The notes under the pieces were generated by a model. That model was not told the origin of the DNA. It saw only the letters and a program-made list of their open reading frames with translations, and did not search any database. A stretch of DNA of 62,503 nt from a virus (lineage: Duplodnaviria; Caudoviricetes). The stretch covers positions 1 through 62,503 of IMG/VR virus record IMGVR_UViG_3300027834_000006. One strand, 5' to 3'. The translations under genes were made by a program, and so were the position numbers. Below are positions 54,256 through 62,503 of this stretch, in pieces (positions within the stretch are counted from its first letter, which is position 1; every line of letters begins with the position of its first letter).

Positions 54256-55534
54256 ATTTTTTACCGGTATATTTGTAGCCTTTTGTTTTTTCCATGATTT
54301 CTATGATTTCTTCTACTGTTCTTGTGTTCCTGGGATCACGCAAGGTCGCCTCTATCTCTTCATCCCCGAAGACCTGCTGTTCTCGTCCAAACATCTCATT
54401 CCAGAAATCTTTCAAAAACCCTGTTAACCCTTTGCCGCCTTCTTTGTATAGATCGTCATCACCTATTTCCGATACCGTTACCCCTCTTTTTTTAGCCAAC
54501 CGTTCCCTGCCCATTCGTTTCATCTCGTCACCAGAAATGAAATCATACACTATCGGTTGTCCTTCATCGTCAACGGCTTCTTTGTCGTAAAACATTGCGC
54601 CTTGTGTCGCGCCGAATTCTCCCTTGATGATTTTCACATCAATTTTTTCATTGCTTAATTTTTTGAGATTTATTGCTTCGTGTTCCCCGGTGCCTCTATT
54701 TATTTTTACCAGTGTATTCCCTTTAATGTAAGTAGTATAGTTGTTTTTGTTTTGTCCCGAATGAGCTAAACGTGCCTTAAAATCACTTGCTCCGGGATGT
54801 TCGGCTCGATAACCCTTTATGAACTCGGCTTTCTCCTTCGCTGCCCTACTTTCTCTGATTTGTTTTCCGCCCGGTGCCACTAGCTCATCTTTTTCGCCCA
54901 TCTTTATATTTTTAATTAAATTCCCCATGGGAATACCGGCATCTTTAAGTTGGGTTGGGGTCATGAACAATGCCATCCTGGGGTCATTCACGGAAGTAGG
55001 TCGCTCAGGGTTTTTTATGCCGGTTAATTCGTGCAGGGGTTTTTCTGCTTCTTCGGGTGATATTATTATCTCTTGACCTCCACCCACATCGACACTGATA
55101 CCCTCCTGTCCTTCTGGTGCTGACCAATCTTTTTCACCCATTAATTTCACTGCGTCAGCTATAGATACTTCAGGGGTTGCACCAAAAACGTCAGCCATTT
55201 CTTCTATGTCGGCAACATCCATGCCACGCTGTCTCATGAAAGCATCTTTTACCATAGATGTTTTGAGAAGTTCTTTGGCCTTTTTGGGATCGCTATCTGC
55301 AACCGAGAAAAAGTATTGCATTGACTGAACGTCTCGTTCTTCTGCTTTCCTCCTTTTTTCGGTTGATCTTGCCAGGGGCTCGGATGTTAGCAAATTAACA
55401 AAGGGTATAGGTTCTGTAGCTCCTGCCAGTGCTCTCTGCCAAAAAGGTACTTTCGGATAAGGCTCAGGGGGATCATTTGATTCTTGAGGCGGAGCCGGGG
55501 CTTTCAATTCAGATGATTCATTTTCATTCGCCAT
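54245..55534 (-). CDS. internal virion / ejection protein
   Basis: Position and charged composition. Confidence 0.5.
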   Translation of the reverse strand: MANENESSELKAPAPPQESNDPPEPYPKVPFWQRALAGATEPIPFVNLLTSEPLARSTEKRRKAEERDVQSMQYFFSVADSDPKKAKELLKTSMVKDAFMRQRGMDVADIEEMADVFGATPEVSIADAVKLMGEKDWSAPEGQEGISVDVGGGQEIIISPEEAEKPLHELTGIKNPERPTSVNDPRMALFMTPTQLKDAGIPMGNLIKNIKMGEKDELVAPGGKQIRESRAAKEKAEFIKGYRAEHPGASDFKARLAHSGQNKNNYTTYIKGNTLVKINRGTGEHEAINLKKLSNEKIDVKIIKGEFGATQGAMFYDKEAVDDEGQPIVYDFISGDEMKRMGRERLAKKRGVTVSEIGDDDLYKEGGKGLTGFLKDFWNEMFGREQQVFGDEEIEATLRDPRNTRTVEEIIEIMEKTKGYKYTGKKYAR

Positions 55535-55555
55535 TTGTCACCTCGTATGAATGGT

Positions 55556-56050
55556 TTATTTTGTGCTCTTTAGCTTTGGCGTATCCACCGCCGGTAGGGG
55601 TAATTTTTTGTTGATGTAGCCCTCTGCAACTGTTCCGGCTAAGTCGGTGGCCGCAACTTGTCCGGGAGAATCCCTTTTGACTTTAGTTTTCTGACTCGGC
55701 GCGATGGGCAAACCGGCTATCATCTTCATCGCCTGAAGCGTTGTTTGTCTCTTCATTTCTGCTATATTTTTCAAAGCCTGCTGCATTGCTGTTTCATTGG
55801 TGCTCCTTTGAAGAGAAGCTCTTTCTCCGGCCCCCATCCCCGTTCTGCCTGCCATTTCCAGTATTGACTGAGTCTGCAATCCTCGTTGTTTCTCGGCCTG
55901 ATCCATGGCAGATTGTCCCAGAAGCCTGGTCAAGTCTGTTTCCTGCCCCCTAGCCATGGGAGCCGTGTCAGTTCCATGGTATCTCCATACTTGTTCCTGA
56001 CCTGGAAGCAATGTTGGCTTTGATGAACTTCTCGATCCTCCACCACCCAT
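55556..56050 (-). CDS. small ejection/pilot-like protein, duplicate B
   Basis: Start MGGGGSRSSS at 56050 after GGAGG; highly similar to 56079..56591. Confidence 0.65.
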   Translation of the reverse strand: MGGGGSRSSSKPTLLPGQEQVWRYHGTDTAPMARGQETDLTRLLGQSAMDQAEKQRGLQTQSILEMAGRTGMGAGERASLQRSTNETAMQQALKNIAEMKRQTTLQAMKMIAGLPIAPSQKTKVKRDSPGQVAATDLAGTVAEGYINKKLPLPAVDTPKLKSTK

Positions 56051-56078
56051 AATTCGACCCTCCTTATTATCAAGCCCG

Positions 56079-56591
56079 TTACATTGATTCTGGGTAAGCT
56101 CCGGCTGCGCCACCTGCGGCAGCAACCGCTACAACTGGAGCCGCTGCGCCTGCTGTGCCAACCGTTATGGCTGCCCCTGCCGCTCCCAGGGCGACCTTCT
56201 TCCAAGGAGAACCCTTTCGGGTCTTGGTTTTCATGCTTGGACTTATAGGCAGACCTGCCACCATATTCATTGCCTGAAAAGCAGTCAACCGTCTCATCTC
56301 GGCTATGCCTACCAGTGCTTGTTCCATCGCCACCCTGCCCGCACCTCTTTGAAGTGAGGCTATTTCACCAACGCCCATCCCTGTTCTTCCCGCCATTTCT
56401 ATGATCCCCTGGGTTTGCAAACCCCTTTGTTTCTCGGATTCATCCATTGCTGATTGTTCTAGCAACCTTGTGAGGGGAGTTTCCTGCCCCCTAGCCATGG
56501 GAGCCGTGTCGGTTCCATGGTATCTCCATACTTGTTCCTGCCCGGCATGTAGTACCGGTCTTGATGAGCTGCTTGCACCTCCGCCACCCAT
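56079..56591 (-). CDS. small ejection/pilot-like protein, duplicate A
   Basis: MGGGGASSSS start; Gly/Ala-rich hydrophobic C-terminus. Confidence 0.65.
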   Translation of the reverse strand: MGGGGASSSSRPVLHAGQEQVWRYHGTDTAPMARGQETPLTRLLEQSAMDESEKQRGLQTQGIIEMAGRTGMGVGEIASLQRGAGRVAMEQALVGIAEMRRLTAFQAMNMVAGLPISPSMKTKTRKGSPWKKVALGAAGAAITVGTAGAAAPVVAVAAAGGAAGAYPESM

Positions 56592-56594
56592 AGT

Positions 56595-57065
56595 CTAATC
56601 CTCCTTTTTCGGAAAAGCTTTTACGTAGATCTTTTCATCCGAAACTAAAAAATCGTATTTTCTACACCAAAGATCTGACTTCGCACCACTATGCAAGATA
56701 ACGTCTTTCAACTCAACGTCGGTTCTGCTCTGTACTGCATGGCACATGGCATCCATTATTTTAAGTCCTTCAGGCTGAGAGTTTACCAGATACCCGTGAT
56801 GAAAAAATATATCATTATCGGTGGTTATATAAATATTGGCATAACCTATATATTTTTTATGCTCGTCATAATCAATATACTGATTGGTGGAACCTTCCGA
56901 TATGACCAGTGTGTGCCTTGCCGGAGAGAATGCTTCACCAAAACAATCCCATTCGGGTCTGACAGTAATCCTAGCATATTCCATAACCATATCAAATATC
57001 TCTTTGGGTGAATCGAGTTCGTCAATAAATTCCAGATAGATTGTATCGGTGACCATTCGTTTCAT
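56595..57065 (-). CDS. hypothetical protein, possibly GNAT-like
   Basis: Occupies the slot before the ejection genes where podoviruses often carry an acetyltransferase-like gene; weak beta/alpha pattern. Confidence 0.4.
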   Translation of the reverse strand: MKRMVTDTIYLEFIDELDSPKEIFDMVMEYARITVRPEWDCFGEAFSPARHTLVISEGSTNQYIDYDEHKKYIGYANIYITTDNDIFFHHGYLVNSQPEGLKIMDAMCHAVQSRTDVELKDVILHSGAKSDLWCRKYDFLVSDEKIYVKAFPKKED

Positions 57066-57081
57066 TGTATCCCTCCAATGA

Positions 57082-57696
57082 TCAGAAAATTATACGATGT
57101 ATTTTAAGGGCACCCGCTATTTGATCAGATGTAGTTGCAGTCATAGCAACAGAAATCGTACCAGCACTAGAGAGTGTGATCACGCCACTCCCCCAGAGAG
57201 TAGCCACTGCTGTTGTCTTGGTTGCGGCAAGGAACTCTGTTCCGCCTCCCGATATGGCAACAGTGCATCCATCTACGCTTGAAGCAGCCGTTACATGTAG
57301 TGCCAGGTTTAGTATAGAAGTATCTCCTGACGCAGTGTAGGTAGTGATAGTGGTTCCGCCTGCCGTAATTGCACAAGATACCCACCCTCCAGTACTTGGA
57401 GAAAAGGTAGTAACGGTAGTATGAGAGGCTGATATTTTTGCAGATGCAGCGCTGGACTTATCACCCCAGGAAATTGCCTTAACATAATAATTATATGCGG
57501 CAGTTTGATTGAGATTGGGGAATACATCTATGAAATGTGGGGTTTTTGACCAACCGACTTCAGCTATTTTGTCAGTAGTCAAAGGTGTGCTCGCATCTGT
57601 TCTACGGTATACCTTGAAATAGGCCACATCATCCTGGGATGGAGCCCCCCACTTGATTATGTTTCCGAATGCTGTATTGGTAGCCGATAATGCCAT
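57082..57696 (-). CDS. FN3 plus Thr/Ala-rich beta-domain virion protein
   Basis: FKVYRR...YNYYVKAI...SSAAS FN3; C-terminus resembles 6733..7179. Confidence 0.6.
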   Translation of the reverse strand: MALSATNTAFGNIIKWGAPSQDDVAYFKVYRRTDASTPLTTDKIAEVGWSKTPHFIDVFPNLNQTAAYNYYVKAISWGDKSSAASAKISASHTTVTTFSPSTGGWVSCAITAGGTTITTYTASGDTSILNLALHVTAASSVDGCTVAISGGGTEFLAATKTTAVATLWGSGVITLSSAGTISVAMTATTSDQIAGALKIHRIIF

Positions 57697-57705
57697 TTTC
57701 TATTC

Positions 57706-59214
57706 CTATGCAGGTGCATCGGGTGTACTGCCGGATTCGATTGTATAATTCTGGGTATCGGCGGTGCCTTCTTGTGCCGGAACCCACATATTATTTGTTG
57801 GTATAACCTGAAAGGTATAGGTTTTGCCCACATAAAGAAACGGAAAAGTATGTTCCTGTATATGTTCTCCCAAATGGAGACCATAATCTTCCGTGAATGG
57901 AACATAAACACGAGGGGTGTACCCTTGACCGACTACTTTCTTTTGAACCCAAAACCCTTCGCAATCTCCCGCGCAAGTCCACTGAACTTTCCAGTTCTGT
58001 AGATTGCCCCATCCATCACCATCTGCTTCACCATTATATATGGAAGGAGTAGCCGGGAGCCCCAGCTTGGCGCCATCACGATTAGATAGGGCTCCGTCCT
58101 CATTTTCTTTGTTGACTGCCTTTACCCAATAATAATACTGAGTATCGTAGGCTGGTCCGTCAGGGGATGAATCGGCATCATAGGCCCAGTCCTTATAGAA
58201 CTTAAACTGTGTTGTAGCTATAATATCGCTTTCGGTTGGTGTAGTGGTGTCTGTTCTGCGATATATTTTCCAGCTACTTATTTTTTCCCATGTCTCCCAT
58301 GGCCCCATACCCGTTATCTCATAGGACAACGCAATGTGATTTCTGTAGAGACAAGGCACTGCGTCTATTGTTGGGGCGTCCAGTTCTTCATCGGCGGCGG
58401 TTGTACTGGCACACACAAAATTACTATACTTGTTTTTCCCGAATGTCCGTACTTTGACATAGTATGTTCTGCCGTCCCACTTGGGATTATTAAACCACCA
58501 CAATAGAGGTGTCCCGCCCAGAGCGAACGAAAAAGCTCCTTGGCCTACCAAGTTCCGGGGTCTCCATACATCCATGGAGTAAGCATCGTTAAGTTCCCAT
58601 TGCGCCCCGCCGGAAAGCGCACAGGTCATTTGCCAGGGAGCCGTCTTGCTCCAAACAGTTATGCTTCCCGATTCGTCTTTTGTAGTGTTGGTTACATTTA
58701 CTCCATCGGTTTGTAAATCCATGTCCGACCAAAAAGGAAGATCGGTATAGAAACCGGGAGCATCAGTATTTTCTGTTAGGCTTGCCGTATCGGAAAAAAC
58801 ATTACCTGCTGCAACCGTATCGTTCGTTCCCGTATAAGTGACCTTGGCGCTTTCAATGCGAAGTTCGAAATCAGGTTCAGTGGAACCAAAGAATTGAAAC
58901 CCCCGCACATGAGGATATTTAAACCTATTGATTTGATCGCAAGATATAAAGAAAATCCCGGGAAGGAGACGAACAACCGCTACGTTGGTCGGTTCAGGCA
59001 TAACCGTGGAAGATCCCATCTGATCCTGACGTTTATCGCCCTCTACACCAGATAATCTGCCCTCTAATCCCTTGACCTTTTTGTGTAAGAATTCCAACCC
59101 GGCACCACTGCCTAATTCAGACTTGCCAATGCTGTCATATATGTCTTCCATTGCCCTGGTAAAGACATCCTGATCGTACTCTCGCGGAGCTTTTTCAGTG
59201 GGAAATTTCTTCAT
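57706..59214 (-). CDS. tail appendage protein with FN3 domains
   Basis: N-terminal APREYD plus coiled coil; YYVKVRT, YYYWVKAVN and YTFQVIP FN3 strands. Confidence 0.65.
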   Translation of the reverse strand: MKKFPTEKAPREYDQDVFTRAMEDIYDSIGKSELGSGAGLEFLHKKVKGLEGRLSGVEGDKRQDQMGSSTVMPEPTNVAVVRLLPGIFFISCDQINRFKYPHVRGFQFFGSTEPDFELRIESAKVTYTGTNDTVAAGNVFSDTASLTENTDAPGFYTDLPFWSDMDLQTDGVNVTNTTKDESGSITVWSKTAPWQMTCALSGGAQWELNDAYSMDVWRPRNLVGQGAFSFALGGTPLLWWFNNPKWDGRTYYVKVRTFGKNKYSNFVCASTTAADEELDAPTIDAVPCLYRNHIALSYEITGMGPWETWEKISSWKIYRRTDTTTPTESDIIATTQFKFYKDWAYDADSSPDGPAYDTQYYYWVKAVNKENEDGALSNRDGAKLGLPATPSIYNGEADGDGWGNLQNWKVQWTCAGDCEGFWVQKKVVGQGYTPRVYVPFTEDYGLHLGEHIQEHTFPFLYVGKTYTFQVIPTNNMWVPAQEGTADTQNYTIESGSTPDAPA

Positions 59215-59223
59215 TGTTCTCTT

Positions 59224-59592
59224 CTAGTTATTCTGTTGCTTTTCAACTGCACTGCCGGTCACGATAGAATCAGAAATATTTTGATCTTTAATATCGGTCT
59301 TTATTGCCACTGCCGGTGTTTTGAGTTCTCCGTCAGAAGTCGGAACCAATGTTGCCTTGTTAGATGCATACCCCAGTTTAATTTTGGGCATTCCAGATTC
59401 AGCCATGGTTTCAATGCTTAGGCCGATCATGGTCTGATTTCCTGCCGATATACATCCCTTCTCCACCTGCAACTGCATCAGTGACATACTGTATTCTTTT
59501 ATGCCCTCGGTATCCGTTGTAACAGACATCATGCAACCACTTAAAAACAATACACAAATCAAACACATTAAATATCTCATGGCCCCTCCCAT
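59224..59592 (-). CDS. lipoprotein, possible spanin component
   Basis: Lipobox LSGC after a hydrophobic signal. Confidence 0.55.
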   Translation of the reverse strand: MGGAMRYLMCLICVLFLSGCMMSVTTDTEGIKEYSMSLMQLQVEKGCISAGNQTMIGLSIETMAESGMPKIKLGYASNKATLVPTSDGELKTPAVAIKTDIKDQNISDSIVTGSAVEKQQNN

Positions 59593-59605
59593 TATAAGTT
59601 GTTCT

Positions 59606-62503
59606 TTAAGGTGAATACTCCGAATCTTCTTCGGGTTGAATCTTCATTAGCATTTGTGTTATTTTATGCCTACCGACTCCATCTACCTTTACGCCCAGGT
59701 GTGTTCCAACTGCCCCCTGAGAGCTCTTTTCCGCATAAGTCTTTACATTAGTACTGGTCGCAGTAATAACGGATAGGGTCGCAGTGTGGGACTGATCAGC
59801 ATATATCGTGGGGGTGAGCGTTGCATTTGCCGTACCCAAGTTAGCTGTGGACACATAGAACGCTCTCATAAACTTATCATACTGAATGCCCGGCGTAGAA
59901 AAATCTTTGGTCTGGAGTATGGTGGAGATTGCCGTTCCATCATCATCTTCACCATCGAACATCTTATATATCTTTCCACTACTCCTACCGTAATAGACAT
60001 CGTTGTAATCTCCGCTACCATCCCATTTGCAGATCGATCTGACATCAAAAGGCCCGGTTAATTCAGAGAAAGTTCCCTCGTCAAGCTTGCAGACTATGGC
60101 ATCGCCAGTGCCCGCATCTGAGAAGTTATAGAAAAGATAATAGAATTTATCTATCATAACACCTACGGCAGTACTCAACTCGGTTTCAGTATAGTCTTCG
60201 AATAAAGAATTGATAGGAGCAAAAAACCTATCATTGACACTTGATATATCCCCTATCATAAGACCATCTCTTGATAACCATATAATCCCGTAGTCCGACA
60301 CAACAATACTTCTTCTGGCAATGTTTCCCTTGCTACTTCTCTTGACCGGAGTAGACAATCCCCTGGCCGTAGTCCACATAGAATCAGAGGTCCAAATAAC
60401 GATATGATTGTAGTAATCGGCCAACCCCGTTATTCCACTACCTTTTTTCTCTGGTATATCAATGCAAGAAAAATCGCTCACCCGGAAGGGACAAAACGCC
60501 TCACTCTTATACATACGATACGGTATCTTATTGTCAAACCTATCTACCACATTACCGTAGTACATGCAGTTGGCAATACTGGTCATCACCTTTGCTTTGG
60601 GTGGGGCGTAGGCATCCGGGGGCATTATAAGGCCCGTATCTTCATCGCTCACTTTGTCTACGAGTTTGGTCGCATCCGGGGCCATATCGGCCACATGCTT
60701 CCATTCCGTAGACATGCCTCCTATCCGGTAGATTCTCTTGTTCTTGACACGCTTCAAATCATGCTCAGATGGTGTGTATATCTTGGTTAAAACAATATCT
60801 TTCCTGTCAACTTTCCTGACTATAGACGGTTCCGAAGAAGAAGATAGAAACCCTTCATCGTCTTCCATTAAAAGCTTATAATGATATGATCCCTTCAATG
60901 CTCCTTCTTTTATCATTACCAAATTATCCACAACGATAGTTGCTTCTCCGCCATTCGATGTGACTTCTATGGACCACCCACGAACGCTTGTTAAGTCCGG
61001 CGCCGCCGAATCATGTTTGACCGCAATCATGTCGCTTCGTTTCCAGGAAAATACAGACGAAGGCCATCCGCCCCTATCCTTGCCGAGATACCTTATGGCA
61101 TTTGAAACAAATTCTTTTACTTCACCGGCTTGATTGGGATTCGTAAGTGTACCATACAACGTGGCAAGATCTTCTTTCCTGTTTTCACCGTCAGAATTAA
61201 AAATCTGTGTTATCGAACCCATTGTCTCTTCGGTCTCTTTGTCCTGCTTGGCTTGCTCACGAAGTTTGGCTGCCATTTCTTGCCCATGAATAGTGTATTC
61301 ATAATAACTATCCCTATTGAGCGCACCCCCAACATCTCCATGAATCTTAATGGTTACATCCTGAACGGTTTTGATATCCGGGGATGCTATCCACATTTCG
61401 AACTTATCGCTGGCTCCGGCTGTTATCTCCACGAATTCCACAACTCCCCATTTATTGGGGAAGTCCCATTCGGGAGGCCATAAAGCTTCGGCCACTTTAT
61501 AGGTGGTCAAATCGATTGGCTTCGCTGGATAGTGAAAAGTGATCCCAAAGGTCTTGCTACCATACGCTGTTAACCGGCACCCGGCTATACCTATAGAGGA
61601 ATGTTCGTAGTCAGGATATTGTTTATGGCCCATTCCATAGGTCTGATATTTGAGAGAACTCCATAGCCATTTTGCCGCTTCTCCAACCATTTCAACAAGT
61701 TCCCCATAATCTTTCAGTACTGCTCCCAAAAAGGTTGAGCCTGCATCGATAGCATACAAACCTAATGGCTCGAATGTATCCACCGGCATCATAACTTCCG
61801 GTCGTTCAAGTCTCATGTCATCCACATAATAGGGTTGTATTGTACCTGCCAGACCATCGGTTGAACTGGGTCCGAAAACGTGAATCCTGGTAATGTCTGT
61901 CCAGTCTGGAGCCGCAGTAACGGCAGCGCTCCAGGGAGCCACCCCTGATTCCGGTCTAAATCGTACGCTCAATTCGGCTCCTCCTCCTTTGAGGGAGGCA
62001 ACCACTCCCATATTAACAGACCGATACGCGTTTGCTGAATCGTAAAACCTGAACTTGGGGCATTTCCATAGGTTCCATGCAGTCCAATTCCCTACCGCTA
62101 TTCCCTTCCACGACAAGTTGATCTTGAGCACATCAGAGGTTGTGGCTGTAACACCGTCGGGGAACGTAGCCAGATCTTTGCCGCTGTCAAAAGTAAGTGC
62201 CTCACATGCAGTGCCCGTAGTATCAGGTGAAACTTCCAGGCAATACACTCCTTCCCTCGCCAGGAATGAGTTGAATGTAGATTTTGTTCCAGCCGCGCAG
62301 TTCTTGATCCAACCCGTACTCGACCCTGATTCCTGGGGCTCAAAAGTAGCCCACTGACATCTATAAGACGTAGCTACCGGTGGTGTCTTGAGCAATCTGA
62401 CGTTATCTATGCATATTTTTGCCGGGGTATCGCCGGACGCCCTTGAATTACCCTTGAGACTGACACGGAATGTACTGATAGCACTCCAACCGGTAGGGCT
62501 TCC
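59606..62503 (-). CDS. 3' part of tail nozzle/tubular-B protein (continues from 1..1012)
   Basis: Beta-propeller-like C-terminus (GSGITGL, G.IARRSIV...GIIWLSRDG, TKDF..P...DK) typical of gp10-like nozzles. Confidence 0.75.
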   Translation of the reverse strand, partial: GSPTGWSAISTFRVSLKGNSRASGDTPAKICIDNVRLLKTPPVATSYRCQWATFEPQESGSSTGWIKNCAAGTKSTFNSFLAREGVYCLEVSPDTTGTACEALTFDSGKDLATFPDGVTATTSDVLKINLSWKGIAVGNWTAWNLWKCPKFRFYDSANAYRSVNMGVVASLKGGGAELSVRFRPESGVAPWSAAVTAAPDWTDITRIHVFGPSSTDGLAGTIQPYYVDDMRLERPEVMMPVDTFEPLGLYAIDAGSTFLGAVLKDYGELVEMVGEAAKWLWSSLKYQTYGMGHKQYPDYEHSSIGIAGCRLTAYGSKTFGITFHYPAKPIDLTTYKVAEALWPPEWDFPNKWGVVEFVEITAGASDKFEMWIASPDIKTVQDVTIKIHGDVGGALNRDSYYEYTIHGQEMAAKLREQAKQDKETEETMGSITQIFNSDGENRKEDLATLYGTLTNPNQAGEVKEFVSNAIRYLGKDRGGWPSSVFSWKRSDMIAVKHDSAAPDLTSVRGWSIEVTSNGGEATIVVDNLVMIKEGALKGSYHYKLLMEDDEGFLSSSSEPSIVRKVDRKDIVLTKIYTPSEHDLKRVKNKRIYRIGGMSTEWKHVADMAPDATKLVDKVSDEDTGLIMPPDAYAPPKAKVMTSIANCMYYGNVVDRFDNKIPYRMYKSEAFCPFRVSDFSCIDIPEKKGSGITGLADYYNHIVIWTSDSMWTTARGLSTPVKRSSKGNIARRSIVVSDYGIIWLSRDGLMIGDISSVNDRFFAPINSLFEDYTETELSTAVGVMIDKFYYLFYNFSDAGTGDAIVCKLDEGTFSELTGPFDVRSICKWDGSGDYNDVYYGRSSGKIYKMFDGEDDDGTAISTILQTKDFSTPGIQYDKFMRAFYVSTANLGTANATLTPTIYADQSHTATLSVITATSTNVKTYAEKSSQGAVGTHLGVKVDGVGRHKITQMLMKIQPEEDSEYSP
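62377..62503. repeat. 127-bp terminal direct repeat, right copy
   Basis: Identical to 1-127. Confidence 0.95.

Noticed and set aside
55556-56591. DGR template/variable repeat pair
   Set aside because: No reverse transcriptase was recognised, both copies are intact ORFs, and the differences are not adenine-specific.
62377-62503. 127-bp terminal repeat as a biological direct terminal repeat
   Set aside because: It falls mid-gene and equals a typical assembler k-mer, so it is best read as a circularisation overlap.
1-62503. Alternative genetic code or stop-codon reassignment
   Set aside because: Conserved genes are full length and tightly packed under the standard code.

Overview
This window is an apparently complete, circularly assembled tailed-phage genome of about 62.4 kb. 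Bases 1-127 are repeated exactly at 62377-62503, and one gene reads through that junction. The gene layout is podovirus/P22-like: TerL, portal, scaffold, major capsid, adaptors, a nozzle-like protein and ejection proteins, with no tape measure, integrase or DNA polymerase recognised. Two arms diverge from a 1.4 kb non-coding control region (33255-34684). The minus arm (about 46 kb across the junction) carries small early genes, primase core, nucleotide metabolism, sugar biosynthesis, packaging, virion and lysis genes. The plus arm (about 15 kb) carries early paralog arrays, beta clamp, PspA, helicase, recombination genes and an ECF sigma factor. Strongest candidates for undescribed biology: (1) a phage-encoded nonulosonic (sialic-type) acid pathway, NeuC-NeuB-NeuA, plus a Maf flagellin-type glycosyltransferase, a LarA-like epimerase and methyltransferases, directly upstream of the morphogenesis genes, with a mucin-like protein and Thr/Ala-rich virion proteins as possible acceptors; (2) an amplified two-component early module of about 6 LPD29-like domains and about 7 four-cysteine helical domains, present both as alternating genes and as fusions; (3) a nozzle protein that seems split, with its N-terminal segment carried by two alternative LamG lectin-like proteins; (4) a primase split across the two arms. 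All family assignments come from motif recognition by eye; no database searches were run.
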